This document shows, piece by piece, positions 1 to 9,297 of a stretch of 61,908 nt of DNA. The notes under the pieces are model-generated. The model made no database searches. It saw nothing but the letters and a program-made list of their open reading frames with translations, and was not told the origin of the DNA. How positions within the stretch are numbered: position 1 is the stretch's first letter; every line of letters starts with the position of its first letter. Made by a program: the position numbers and the translations under genes. The stretch covers positions 1 to 61,908 of IMG/VR virus record IMGVR_UViG_3300033067_000570. One strand, 5' to 3'. The DNA comes from a virus. Lineage: Duplodnaviria > Caudoviricetes.

Positions 1-2466
1 CCCCGATTCAATCATCGGAAGGATCCCATCAAAACGAAACTCCTTGTCAGCCGCACCCGGCGCGATAGCAATGATAGGGGCCGGTGCCTGTCCCTGGCGG
101 GCCTGGATGTACTGCGTACCTGATCCTTTATCTTCAACCAGGATGGCCGAAGCGCTCCACCGCGTAGCTGCTCCCTCAATTTCAGTGATCAGCTGATTAA
201 ACTCAACCTTCTTACGCACAACTTCGGCGAGGTAATGGCGGTGGTTCATGTCCTCAATCCAGACGCCGATGGCAGTGTACTTCGATCGTGCCGTAGTTTT
301 ATTTGCCGTGTCCACACTGACGACAACCCGCCGCCTATTCTTTTTGAGCAGGTTCCCTCCGTCAGTGAATTCATCTCTCGGCAGCGTCTCATACCGCTGG
401 AACCAGCCACCCTTACACGCACCACCAGCGTCGTCGGTCGGTTTTCCCTTGTACAGGGCGTTCCAGTCGCGGGCATCGAGAGTATCTTTCAACTCCATCA
501 ACATGTCATACGTGTAGAACGACGGCCACAACGGCTCGCCGATATCCCTACCAAGAGGATCGATCGCCGCTTCCGCCTCATTCTCGATCACGCCGTTGAA
601 GTTGATGATCTCCCACGGAATACCTTTCCCCTCCTTGTTGTATCTTTCGATACGACCAATGGGATCATCCTCGTGCCAGCGAGTGGCAATCAAAAAGATA
701 GGGGAGTGCGGCAGAAAGCGCGTACGGAAGTCGGCCCAAAGCCACTTCCACACCTTCTCGCGTACAATTGCGCTATCAGCCTGCTCCTTAGATCCGATGA
801 GATCGTCACCGCCACCGCAGTGCCCACGATAGCCAGCGAGGGCCTGTCCAACACCCTTGGTGACATAGCCCCCTTTTTTATTATCGAGTCTCCAGTTGCT
901 GGACGCCGTTGAACGTGAATTCAGCGTCGTGCCACTAAAAACCTCCGTATACCTGGGGTCTTGAATAATCGACCGAACAGGCGCGCCGAACTCTTTCTCA
1001 CAAAAATCCTGAGAATGTCCCCCCTGCAAATAACGATGCTTGGGGTTCTTGCCGAGGTACCACGCAACGAAATAGCGCGAACAGAACTTGGTGTTGTGCG
1101 TCACGATGTGACCGCGTCCCGCCAGATACAGCTCGTCTGGCGCATCCACAGCGATGCACTGCGTCGGTACCATCTCCGTGGGCTCAAAACGGATATAGCG
1201 CCCGTACCATCCTTTGAGGTTTTTGAGGCGAGCGGCTTTGCGTGGGAGTCTGAAACACTCAACGCCAGAAAAGTTCACACACCAACACGGACTGCGGACG
1301 TAGCCACCCGTGCGGTGGTGGGGTTTTGAATTCTGCTCGATCAGCGAGTTCGGAACGCCCAACGACCAAAGCAGTTCGCGGAACTGATCAATAAGCTGCT
1401 TATTCGTGTTGACGAACTGACAACCACCGTTCTTCCGCGCATGTCCGTCAGTATCCATCAAACCCTGGACAAGCGCCAACCGCTGGGCAGCGGACGCGTA
1501 TAGATAGGCGGCAGGGATGTGCTTATTATTCAGTACACCGGCAGCGCGGAGTTGTGTTGACAGCCCGTACGCCGTGAATGTGATCCTCTCCCCGTCATTT
1601 GAAATGCCGTATCCGGCCGCACGAAATTGGTCCTCGGCGTGCGCACGATCTTTATCGCCCACAGTAATGCGGCTAGACTTGGAAGTGCCGTCACCGAGCC
1701 AATACCCTAAGATATACGGGTCTAGCGGAAGCTTCGCTTCTGGATACTCAACTGGCGCGTAGTCCGGCAGACGGAAGGCGCGGGGATCTTTCGAGGATGT
1801 GTATCGCTCGTACAACTCCTGTGTTGAAAAGACGGCCGGCGTTCTGGCGTTACGATCCTTGTAGACGCTCCAAAGATGATCGTCTGACACGACGATTTCT
1901 TCGCCATCAGATGTAATGGCGCGGTAACATGGCTTATAGAATATCTCGGACTTCGAAATGACGCGCGTTGGCTTACCATCAGTCCCAAAAAGCGTGTCGC
2001 CGACAACAACATCCCCCATCTGGATATAGCCAGACGGCGAAGGAAGTAAAGTCGTCAGCGCACATCCTTTGGCCGAACCAGGGGGCATACTGAAAGTAGC
2101 GCGCATGAGGTCACGGCGCTCAATCTGCTCCAGGTAGTCACACATGACATCATGGTGCTCGGCGGGTGGTTCCTCCGGCGTCATGTACTCAGTGAAGCAC
2201 GACAAGCTATTTGGCGCAGCCTCTTTTAGCCGCGCAAGATACTCCCGCTCCTTCTGTTCGTGCATTTCGGCCAGCGCAGCGTACTGACGCTCGGGATCAG
2301 TCGTCTGTGTTAGCTCAGTGAATATCCGCGCCTGCTGATCAGACAACGCTACTCCACGTCGAAGTGACGTGTCAAGCGTCGTGATCGATTTGTTCAAGGA
2401 GTCCAACAGTCTCCTGTATGTCTTTCGTTTCGCGTCGGATATGGGATAGTTGCTGAACTGGGTCAC
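1..2466 (-). CDS. terL: Terminase large subunit (intein-containing; 3' end runs off the window)
   Basis: Absent from the ORF track because there is no stop in the window. Manual translation from GTG 2466: MTQFSNYPISDAKRK...FTEYMTPEEPPAEHH...MPPGSAK|intein|TKFCSRYFVAWYLGKNP...GYRGHCGGGDDLIGS...ADKEFRFDGILPMIESG. Walker A PPGSAKT is restored after splicing. Start codon uncertain (overlaps terS). Confidence 0.93.
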   Translation of the reverse strand, partial: MTQFSNYPISDAKRKTYRRLLDSLNKSITTLDTSLRRGVALSDQQARIFTELTQTTDPERQYAALAEMHEQKEREYLARLKEAAPNSLSCFTEYMTPEEPPAEHHDVMCDYLEQIERRDLMRATFSMPPGSAKGCALTTLLPSPSGYIQMGDVVVGDTLFGTDGKPTRVISKSEIFYKPCYRAITSDGEEIVVSDDHLWSVYKDRNARTPAVFSTQELYERYTSSKDPRAFRLPDYAPVEYPEAKLPLDPYILGYWLGDGTSKSSRITVGDKDRAHAEDQFRAAGYGISNDGERITFTAYGLSTQLRAAGVLNNKHIPAAYLYASAAQRLALVQGLMDTDGHARKNGGCQFVNTNKQLIDQFRELLWSLGVPNSLIEQNSKPHHRTGGYVRSPCWCVNFSGVECFRLPRKAARLKNLKGWYGRYIRFEPTEMVPTQCIAVDAPDELYLAGRGHIVTHNTKFCSRYFVAWYLGKNPKHRYLQGGHSQDFCEKEFGAPVRSIIQDPRYTEVFSGTTLNSRSTASSNWRLDNKKGGYVTKGVGQALAGYRGHCGGGDDLIGSKEQADSAIVREKVWKWLWADFRTRFLPHSPIFLIATRWHEDDPIGRIERYNKEGKGIPWEIINFNGVIENEAEAAIDPLGRDIGEPLWPSFYTYDMLMELKDTLDARDWNALYKGKPTDDAGGACKGGWFQRYETLPRDEFTDGGNLLKKNRRRVVVSVDTANKTTARSKYTAIGVWIEDMNHRHYLAEVVRKKVEFNQLITEIEGAATRWSASAILVEDKGSGTQYIQARQGQAPAPIIAIAPGAADKEFRFDGILPMIESG
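1093..2067 (-). mobile_element. Class-3-type intein with LAGLIDADG homing endonuclease in the TerL Walker A (325 aa)
   Basis: Starts GCALTTLLPSPSG; block B SDDHLW; LAGLIDADG motifs YILGYWLGDG and LVQGLMDTDG; block F PTQCIAVDAPDELYLAG; ends VTHN with +1 Thr. Confidence 0.92.
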
Positions 2467-2836
2467 GCGGCGGTCTTCCTGTTCGTGGGCGCTCAATTAG
2501 GCCGGCGAGTTTTCCGATTGTCTCCAGCGCCTTATTGGACGACTGCATGTCACCAACATCGCGCCCGATGACGACCTGTTTATAGAACTCAGTGATGAGC
2601 CATTCGGCCGTGACATCATCGGGGTGAAACGTGTCAGCCACACGCACAATAGAGCCAGAAGTCAACTCTTTGTGAATTTCTTCAACGCGCTTCACAACGC
2701 TCGCCCGCTTTGAAAGCGCAGACGCTGCTGAGGCATCCGATTTATAGCCGGCGGCGACGTATGCTTCGAAGTTACTGGCACCACGAGCAACCGCCTGCGC
2801 AAAGGCTTCGTGCTTAGAGTTCTTCAACGTTGGCAT
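2372..2836 (-). CDS. terS: Terminase small subunit
   Basis: N-terminal MPTLKNSKHEAFAQAVARG..EAYVAAGY helix-turn-helix typical of TerS; C-terminal KALETIGKLAGL; lies directly upstream of terL. Confidence 0.85.
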   Translation of the reverse strand: MPTLKNSKHEAFAQAVARGASNFEAYVAAGYKSDASAASALSKRASVVKRVEEIHKELTSGSIVRVADTFHPDDVTAEWLITEFYKQVVIGRDVGDMQSSNKALETIGKLAGLIERPRTGRPPRDPVQQLSHIRRETKDIQETVGLLEQIDHDA

Positions 2837-2861
2837 GGGGCGATCCTTTTAACCATTTGTG

Positions 2862-2890
2862 TTACTAACCTAATTTTTGTACTGTGTCAA
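2862..2890 (-). promoter_or_regulatory. Putative sigma70-type promoter for terS/terL
   Basis: TTGACA (2890-2885), 17 nt, TAGTAA (2867-2862); a TTAACCAT CtrA-type half-site lies at 2849-2856. Confidence 0.45.
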
Positions 2891-2891
2891 C

Positions 2892-3024
2892 ACAGCGCAC
2901 TGAAAAGCGCACTGAAAACTGAAAAACAAGCTTAATCCCGACAGCGCACTGAAAAGATGAGCAAAAGCCAACAACGCACTGAACGCGTCCCGACAGCGCA
3001 CTGAAAAGCCAACACAGCGCACTG
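2892..3024. repeat. Cluster of six ACAGCGCACTG-like motifs
   Basis: Copies at 2892, 2906 (partial), 2941, 2971 (one mismatch), 2993 and 3014, between the divergent terS and resolvase genes. Confidence 0.9.
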
Positions 3025-3048
3025 AACCCTGAAAAGCAACCGCACCCC

Positions 3049-3564
3049 ATGAAAACCTCAAACAGCGGCGCCCCCACCATGAAAAATACAACCAACCCAA
3101 AAATGGCAGTGGGCATCGACCCTGGCATCAACGGTTCAATGGCCTTCCTCACACCAGCGGACATAGAGGTCGTCAGGCTGCCTGTCCGTAGCGAGAAGCG
3201 ATCCACCCGGACTATGCGCTTCATCGACGCTGCGAAGCTGCATGAGATCCTATCAGTGCGCTGTGCCGGGTACGATGTCACCGTGTTCCACGAGAACGTG
3301 TTCTCGATGCCAGACGACACACCGATGACCGCCTTCTCTTTCGGTAACTCCAAGGGACGCATAGATGCCGTCCTGGAGGTCTTGGGGCTCAAGGTGATAC
3401 CTATCCCCCCGACAACATGGAAAAGCCGCCTGGGCGTCACTTCTGACAAGAAGACGAGCCGTCGGAAGTGCGAGGCCCTGTATCCATCGACGAGATTTGC
3501 TTCCGTGGATGACTGCGAGGCCGCATTGATCGCGACTTACGGCGTCCTGTTCCATGTGACATGA
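3049..3564 (+). CDS. RuvC-like Holliday junction resolvase
   Basis: Motifs VGIDPG..G, HENV, AFSFG, PTTWK and DDCEAALIA of phage RuvC-like resolvases; the start may be 3079 or 3103. Confidence 0.85.
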   Translation: MKTSNSGAPTMKNTTNPKMAVGIDPGINGSMAFLTPADIEVVRLPVRSEKRSTRTMRFIDAAKLHEILSVRCAGYDVTVFHENVFSMPDDTPMTAFSFGNSKGRIDAVLEVLGLKVIPIPPTTWKSRLGVTSDKKTSRRKCEALYPSTRFASVDDCEAALIATYGVLFHVT

Positions 3565-3685
3565 AAATCACCCAAATCTGGCGTCCCCCTGTAGTAGAGG
3601 AATATATTTCTAAGAATAAGTAGTATCTTACTATATTTTTCTTCTTTCTCTCTTCCCCTGCGTATACTACTTCTCCTTCCTCGTC

Positions 3686-4015
3686 AGTGACGATGTTGTG
3701 CTATTCTTGTGCTATTCTTTATACTAAGAATGACACTGTATTTATCAATGAAAACAAGGGGTTAGAGTAAAAAGTGACAATGGTGCTATTCTTTGACCCA
3801 ACCACTACGCACGCCCGCAACCCAAATTTTTTTGACCTGATCTACGTCAGACTGACCTAAATCAGCTCAAAAAAATCGTCACCTACTTTTCCTCCGACGA
3901 GGGGGGCAAAAGAATGTCACCATTGTCACTTTCGCTCTAACACCTTGTTTTCGCTGGTAAATACGGTGTCATTCTTTGTAAAAGAATAGCACAACATCGT
4001 CACAACATCGTCACT
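3686..4015. repeat. ~110-bp imperfect inverted repeat (arms ~3686-3795 and ~3907-4015); putative replication origin
   Basis: The left arm agtgacgatgttgtgctattctt...aaaacaaggggttagag...aaagtgacaatggtg matches the reverse complement of the right arm. An AT-rich tract is adjacent at 3600-3655, and the region is ORF-free. Confidence 0.75.
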
Positions 4016-4049
4016 CCCCTTCGTCGGAGTGACGTACTGCACACATGTT

Positions 4050-4460
4050 TATAGGCCGCCACCTTGAATTGTAGGTGCGACCTTGGGTATTTTATTCTGA
4101 CGGGAGCCCTCGGGCTTCTTCGTCTCTCTCAGTCGGCGCTTGCCGCACATCCAGATGCGAGCCGCTCCGCTGATTTTTCCACTCACGTTCATGTTGGTGG
4201 TGCGGACATTTGGATCCGCGACGCACTCCGCCTAGTCGCCTACATCAATATGACGGCATCAGCCATCTTCATCGTACGGGTTATTTGGTACCGTCTTCCC
4301 TGCGGGGCGCGCTTAGCTCGCATTTCCGCAGAGGATTACCATTCGGTGGTGCCGACAGTGATCCGCGACACACTCACCTAAATCGCCTTTAGCCCCACTT
4401 ACTGTATAAGGTTATCCGACCTCACCCTCTTACGCTCGGGCATCAGCCCAAACACGCAAG
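4050..4460 (-). ncRNA. Candidate structured non-coding RNA (unknown family)
   Basis: ORF-poor; duplicated ~45-nt motif (4196-4241 and 4345-4388); hairpins at ~4053-4083 and ~4099-4124; upstream TTGACA on the minus strand at 4489-4484. Confidence 0.35.
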
Positions 4461-4634
4461 ACCTAATCTATGACACAGCGCACTGTCAAAGTCAACGAAA
4501 AATTAGAGCCCGTATCCCTCAGAACCGTCCCTGTCAGGGAAAAATTGATCGGGGAGAGCTTGGTCTGAGCTTCTCTGGTGATTCTCATCTGTGCTTCTCC
4601 AAATATTTGACGAGGATCGGTTGGCGTGCCGTCC

Positions 4635-4859
4635 TTACGTTTGGTTGTCGATGATGGTTTGTAGCGCGTTGACGAGAATGCGAGCGTCTCGTTGCGAGAC
4701 CACACACGACATTTGTGCCGTGCTTTTAGTTGATCCGATGATCACTGAGAATGCGACGCCACCGTCGTCGATGTTCTCGATCCTCAACCAATCGTTGAAG
4801 TTCTCGTGACACGTGACGACGATTTCTTCGATTGTGGCGTTCTTGATTGTGACTGGCAT
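4635..4859 (-). CDS. Hypothetical protein (paralog family member 1)
   Basis: ATG 4859 with an AGGAG RBS; similar to 4898-5137 and 34779-35165. Confidence 0.7.
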   Translation of the reverse strand: MPVTIKNATIEEIVVTCHENFNDWLRIENIDDGGVAFSVIIGSTKSTAQMSCVVSQRDARILVNALQTIIDNQT

Positions 4860-4897
4860 AGCGCGGCTCCTGCTCTTAATAAATATCAACGTGCCGG

Positions 4898-5137
4898 TTA
4901 GTCCGGACACACGCTGGCGCGGATTGTCCGAAGGTGGTCAGTCATCTTCTCCATGTCATCCCACGCCATCACCATGATAGCCTCGACAGATCGCCCGTTG
5001 GGCAGCGTGTTTTTGACGACTACGCGGAAGCCGGTTTTGGTGAAGGTGTCGAGAAGCATGTCGTCAGCGCGGTTTACGTCGCAGGTGACGCGGATTTTTT
5101 TGATCGGGGCTGTTGCGCGTACCGCCGAGAGTGTCAT
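4898..5137 (-). CDS. Hypothetical protein (paralog family member 2)
   Basis: ATG 5137 with a GAGGAGG RBS; MVMAWDD motif shared with 34779-35165. Confidence 0.7.
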   Translation of the reverse strand: MTLSAVRATAPIKKIRVTCDVNRADDMLLDTFTKTGFRVVVKNTLPNGRSVEAIMVMAWDDMEKMTDHLRTIRASVCPD

Positions 5138-5261
5138 TTCTACCTCCTCAATTGTGTTGTCCAAATCTCATGCATCAATGAATAGCAACAGCGCACTGCT
5201 CACGCAATTGAATCCCAATTACTTGGTAAATTTCTCGTATAGGCTCTTCACTTTGTCCAAT

Positions 5262-8200
5262 TCAGGATGCTTTCGCTTTTTCAACGATCTTATAGAATGC
5301 TCCCCTGTTATCACGTCCGCGCTCCCACGAACATTCTAGCGGTATGTCTAGTATCTTCACGGTCTTGGCTGTGTACTCGCGGCTCAGCAGGTGTCCGAGC
5401 GATTTTATCACTCCTGCCTTGTCTCTTCCTCCAAGCGTCAGGCCCAAGGCCGGGTCCAGCGTTTCGTCACTCTTTCCGAACGCACTCATGCCAGCAACCG
5501 TCAGCGCGTCAAAAATCTCGGTGATGCGGACGGGTTTGTCCCGGTATTTCAGCCACACTCGTCTGGTTACTTCTACGATCGCGTCCTGGTCCTCATTCCG
5601 CACGGCCAGGTATTCGGCGCGGTTGGATAGAAATCCTTTGATGTCAGCGCATTCAAGGACGCCTCCGATCGCGTTTGCCCATTCCGTGAAGCTCTGCATC
5701 ACTACGTTCCCGGGCGGGCATCCCTTGGCGATCCAGTTTTGAATGAGCGTGTGGCACGCCCACACGTGCGCCAGCCGGCGATCCATCAGGACGGCGTGCA
5801 GCGGGTCGTGCTTGTAGTATCCCTTGCCGCGATCCATCGCCGGGTTTGCCGTAGCGGCGTCCATGAAGATCGGAACGTTGCGGCGCATCATATCTTCGGA
5901 GAAAGGAATACGATTTCCGGCCATAATCCAGGTACAGCGGATCGGGATGGTTACGTTCTCAGACTGGCCGAGGATGCGATCCGTCCACATTCCTGCCGTC
6001 AATGCGGCAGCAATGTCCGCATTTTCAACCTTATGTTGTATGTTGTCTAAAAACAACATAGAGGCACCAGCGCGCAACGAAGATGTCACGGACTTCTTGA
6101 TTTCCTCGTTCGTGTGTGACAACGTCTGTACACGTGCACGGGGTTCGCCCTCGAAGATGCTCCACGCCGTGTCAACGAGATACCCGGCGCCAGTGCCACG
6201 TTCCGGCTTATCGATGTGGTAGTTGGGACACGGCCCCTCGATCATCTCCCGCATGAACGGCTGGAGGATCATTGCGATCGTGTTTGCCCGCGATCCCGTA
6301 CCGCGTTCCAGGTTTGGCAGCGGGAAGTTGTCTTCATCGAGTTCGTCACTACGGATAGGCAGCGGATCACTGCCACTAAAGTGGTCAGAGAACGGGAAGT
6401 CGCGCAGAATGTCGTAGATGCAATTCCTTGCATCAGCTACTTCATCTTTGTCCGGTACTTCGGATACGCCGAAGAACGTCACATCGTTCGGCGGGTCGAA
6501 GAAGATGCCCGCTTCGCGAGAATACCCCGGCGTGATGACCAGTGATCCGTCTGCGGCGAAGATCGGAACACGCACGACGCGATCAAGCGGTGGCATACTC
6601 CACTCGCGCGAGCCAGCTAAATAGTTGAGGATTGCCCCCGGCGTATTTTCTTCCTCGACCTCGGCTCCGGTGTCTTCGTCCACTATGACGAACTTGATGC
6701 CAAGATCTGTCATCAGCGCGTCCCAGCGTCTGCTATCCTCAACATTGAATTCGCAGGCACGGATGCCATCTTGAATGCGCTGAACGTACACGAACGTCCC
6801 CTCAGGCCGCTTGTAGACAACCGGGTCTTTCGTGTTACGGTGCTCGATCAGGCGCTTCACAACCTTGCGCTTGTCGTTCTTTGTCCAGCTTGCCCACACG
6901 ACGCTTACATCGTCGATGTTGTCCGGGATTGGAGGTCCGGCGAACGGCGTTGCGTCTTCATCCGCCTGATCACTGCGCTCATACTGGCGCAACAGCGGAC
7001 GTAGCTCCGTCATTGTCCATGCGCTGGTTTCTGAGAGTTGCCTGAGCCTGTCGGCCTTCTCAACCGGATCATCGACGCGCGCAATCCGCTGCAGCGCTTC
7101 TCGGATTTGGTCTGCTGATGCGCGGGCCGATCCTTCATTAGGCGCTGCGGCGGCCACAGCATCTATTACAGCGGCAGCTTCATCCTCAGCGTTCGGACAC
7201 CAATCCACCAACTCCATCGCGTCAGCGACGCCATAAGCGGCGCACAGCTTATCCAGGTACCACGCTCGGTCTCCGCCACTCTCTGTCTTGCAGGAGTTGT
7301 GCGAACACTGCGCGGCAAAACCGTTCATGCGCGCTGACGCGTTCTCCACATAGAAGCCCGCGTCATTCGCTGCTTGCGTCGAGTGCGCTTCTGCGTTCGG
7401 GCACGCCACCGTGGCCTTGTCCATGCCAGGGCTGCCGACGAACTCCGCGTTGACCGCTTCAAGCCACTGAACAATCTCGAAATCGTTGGCGTGCTTTGCG
7501 ATGAATCGTATGAGATTTTTTGTCGCAAAATCTTGGCGCGGCTCTCCGCTGCCGTGTCCGGCTGCAATGAACGGATTGACAGACGTGGCCGCTTTGGTAG
7601 CCGGTTTAATTCCTTCCAGATCAAGGGCGTCGCCCACAATGATGCGCAACTCTTGGCCGGTTGCGCCAGGAGCGACGCGAGGCGTGTACATGAGCCGCGA
7701 CGGGTCCGTGCACGATTGGTCCCACGCCACTCCGAGCATGGCTGCGACGGCCTCGTACTTGTCCTTCCAGGCGGTGATAGCTTCTTTCTGCGTCGGTCGG
7801 ACCGTCGCAAAGACGAACGGCTGCTCCAATACGAATAGGACGCGCAGGCGGTGCATCGGCGCGTGGTGCACGACGTACCTGACGCCGCCATCGCCGTGAG
7901 CGCGCGTGACGCTGGTGATCGTGTCGGCCAGCGCGTCCGTGATCTTGGATTCGCTCTTGAGGTAGCGCTTCACAATATCCTGGACGTTATCGGCGGTCAG
8001 CGTCGTTTTGTTGGTCTTACACCACCGTATGAGGCGCTGCTCGTTGATGTCCGTCGCGCTTTTCAAGTGTGAATGCGTCGTCCAGATGATCGCGAACAGA
8101 CCAAGCTGCTTAATGCGCTCGTGCACAGCATCGACGGTTTCGCCCGTGTCGCAGTCGATCATCAGGACATAGTTCGCGACGGCGTTGTTCGCAGTCCGCT

Positions 8201-8444
8201 GGCCGCCGGCCAGGGAGCCCTGCGTCATTGCCCAGCCGTCCTTGGCACCGAACTTGAACTCAGACAGCTTGTTGACCACCAGATCATAGAGCGTTCCGCT
8301 CCACTGGTCCCAATCCATGTCGCGGCGCCCGCTGCCGAATGATACGGCAATCGGCTTCTCGAACAGGGCGGCGGCCTGATCTGTCTCCAGATCCCCGTAA
8401 ATCGTGGCGTCGTTGAAAAAGCTGACGGGGTCAGTGTGAAACAT
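5262..8444 (-). CDS. Primase-polymerase/helicase-like replication protein
   Basis: >1000-aa ORF. N-terminal DCD.G...TTHSH...RLRVLFVL...D.SRLMYTP prim-pol-like motifs, a CPN..H...C.H..C Zn motif, and a C-terminal P-loop-like region (GTGAG, LFLDN, RILG). Start is 8444 (GGAG RBS) or 8459. Confidence 0.7.
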   Translation of the reverse strand: MFHTDPVSFFNDATIYGDLETDQAAALFEKPIAVSFGSGRRDMDWDQWSGTLYDLVVNKLSEFKFGAKDGWAMTQGSLAGGQRTANNAVANYVLMIDCDTGETVDAVHERIKQLGLFAIIWTTHSHLKSATDINEQRLIRWCKTNKTTLTADNVQDIVKRYLKSESKITDALADTITSVTRAHGDGGVRYVVHHAPMHRLRVLFVLEQPFVFATVRPTQKEAITAWKDKYEAVAAMLGVAWDQSCTDPSRLMYTPRVAPGATGQELRIIVGDALDLEGIKPATKAATSVNPFIAAGHGSGEPRQDFATKNLIRFIAKHANDFEIVQWLEAVNAEFVGSPGMDKATVACPNAEAHSTQAANDAGFYVENASARMNGFAAQCSHNSCKTESGGDRAWYLDKLCAAYGVADAMELVDWCPNAEDEAAAVIDAVAAAAPNEGSARASADQIREALQRIARVDDPVEKADRLRQLSETSAWTMTELRPLLRQYERSDQADEDATPFAGPPIPDNIDDVSVVWASWTKNDKRKVVKRLIEHRNTKDPVVYKRPEGTFVYVQRIQDGIRACEFNVEDSRRWDALMTDLGIKFVIVDEDTGAEVEEENTPGAILNYLAGSREWSMPPLDRVVRVPIFAADGSLVITPGYSREAGIFFDPPNDVTFFGVSEVPDKDEVADARNCIYDILRDFPFSDHFSGSDPLPIRSDELDEDNFPLPNLERGTGSRANTIAMILQPFMREMIEGPCPNYHIDKPERGTGAGYLVDTAWSIFEGEPRARVQTLSHTNEEIKKSVTSSLRAGASMLFLDNIQHKVENADIAAALTAGMWTDRILGQSENVTIPIRCTWIMAGNRIPFSEDMMRRNVPIFMDAATANPAMDRGKGYYKHDPLHAVLMDRRLAHVWACHTLIQNWIAKGCPPGNVVMQSFTEWANAIGGVLECADIKGFLSNRAEYLAVRNEDQDAIVEVTRRVWLKYRDKPVRITEIFDALTVAGMSAFGKSDETLDPALGLTLGGRDKAGVIKSLGHLLSREYTAKTVKILDIPLECSWERGRDNRGAFYKIVEKAKAS

Positions 8445-8781
8445 TTGAGGCTCCGTCATCGTCAAAATGGGTACCGTCGTCTTCCATGCTGGTGTCAACG
8501 TCGGTGGCAAGAAGCTCCCCAATGTGTGCGACCAGATCTGGAGGAATGGGCGCCCCGCTGAACCCAGGGAATGTTTCAGCTGTCCTTGACATTAACAGCG
8601 CATCACGAATTTCGAGATACGGATGCGTCGCATGTTCTGTTTCGATGATGTAATATCGTGTCGGGTGATTTGGAATTGCCAGTTCAGCCACGACCCTACC
8701 AGGAACGAGCGAACCGAGCGACATTTCGTCACTTCCGAGCGCAATCCAGCACTGGTCGCCGAGCTTGTATACGTCCAGCAT
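8431..8781 (-). CDS. Hypothetical protein
   Basis: ATG ORF tightly packed in the operon; acidic C-terminus. Confidence 0.7.
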   Translation of the reverse strand: MLDVYKLGDQCWIALGSDEMSLGSLVPGRVVAELAIPNHPTRYYIIETEHATHPYLEIRDALLMSRTAETFPGFSGAPIPPDLVAHIGELLATDVDTSMEDDGTHFDDDGASNVSH

Positions 8782-8783
8782 TG

Positions 8784-9281
8784 TTACTCCGAGGTCTTTT
8801 GAAATAGAAGCTCATTTGCTGGCCTGATTGCGCGAATACGGGATTCTGGCGCTCCTAATACGTCGGCGAACTGTAGTGAATTGATGGGGCCACCTGTATA
8901 GATGTCCATATCTTCGACAAGCGTGACAGCGGCGGCCGGAGTGAGCCCAGCGCGCATGGCGGCTATTGCAAGATCTCCGCCAGTCCCGATGGCGTACACG
9001 TCCCGCATTCGCGTTAATGCATATCCGAGCACATATATGTGCACGTCTTCTTTGAAGAAAACGACAAACACATCTGTATCATTCCCGGGGTACACTTCGG
9101 GATCAGCCCCGTTTTTTTCCCACGCAATCAGTGCGTTGAACATGCGGGGATCTCCCGCAAGTGCGTAGACTTTTCCGTCCTTGGCGCGCACTTTTTCACG
9201 GTCAATCCACTTGATGTCCGTGCCACTGGTTTGTTGAGAGTCCCAGGCGATCTCAGTATTGTTCCACGCGATTGTTGTCAT
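8784..9281 (-). CDS. Ntn-hydrolase / proteasome-beta (HslV-like) fold peptidase
   Basis: Starts M-TTIA (GGAGG RBS) with an N-terminal Thr nucleophile; motifs DSQ.T, K, AG, AIGTGG..A.AAM and D.YTGG. Confidence 0.75.
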   Translation of the reverse strand: MTTIAWNNTEIAWDSQQTSGTDIKWIDREKVRAKDGKVYALAGDPRMFNALIAWEKNGADPEVYPGNDTDVFVVFFKEDVHIYVLGYALTRMRDVYAIGTGGDLAIAAMRAGLTPAAAVTLVEDMDIYTGGPINSLQFADVLGAPESRIRAIRPANELLFQKTSE

Positions 9282-9297
9282 CGGGCCTCCTCGTTGA

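Noticed and set aside
235-2012. Track ORFs 235-912, 961-1329, 1517-1762 and 1722-2012
   Set aside because: These are shadow frames of the terL gene, which the track missed because it has no stop codon in the window.
2892-3024. Motif cluster next to the RuvC-like gene as a guide-RNA array for an RNA-guided nuclease
   Set aside because: Spacing is irregular, and the 171-aa protein is a plain resolvase without RNA-binding or Zn-finger insertions.
4170-4270. Minus-strand ...GCGGATCCAAATGTCCGCACCACCA as a tRNA or tmRNA 3' end
   Set aside because: There is no 7-bp acceptor stem or anticodon arm.
4064-4392. Plus-strand ORFs 4064-4381 and 4210-4392
   Set aside because: TTG starts without an RBS and no recognisable motifs; the region is better explained as structured non-coding sequence.
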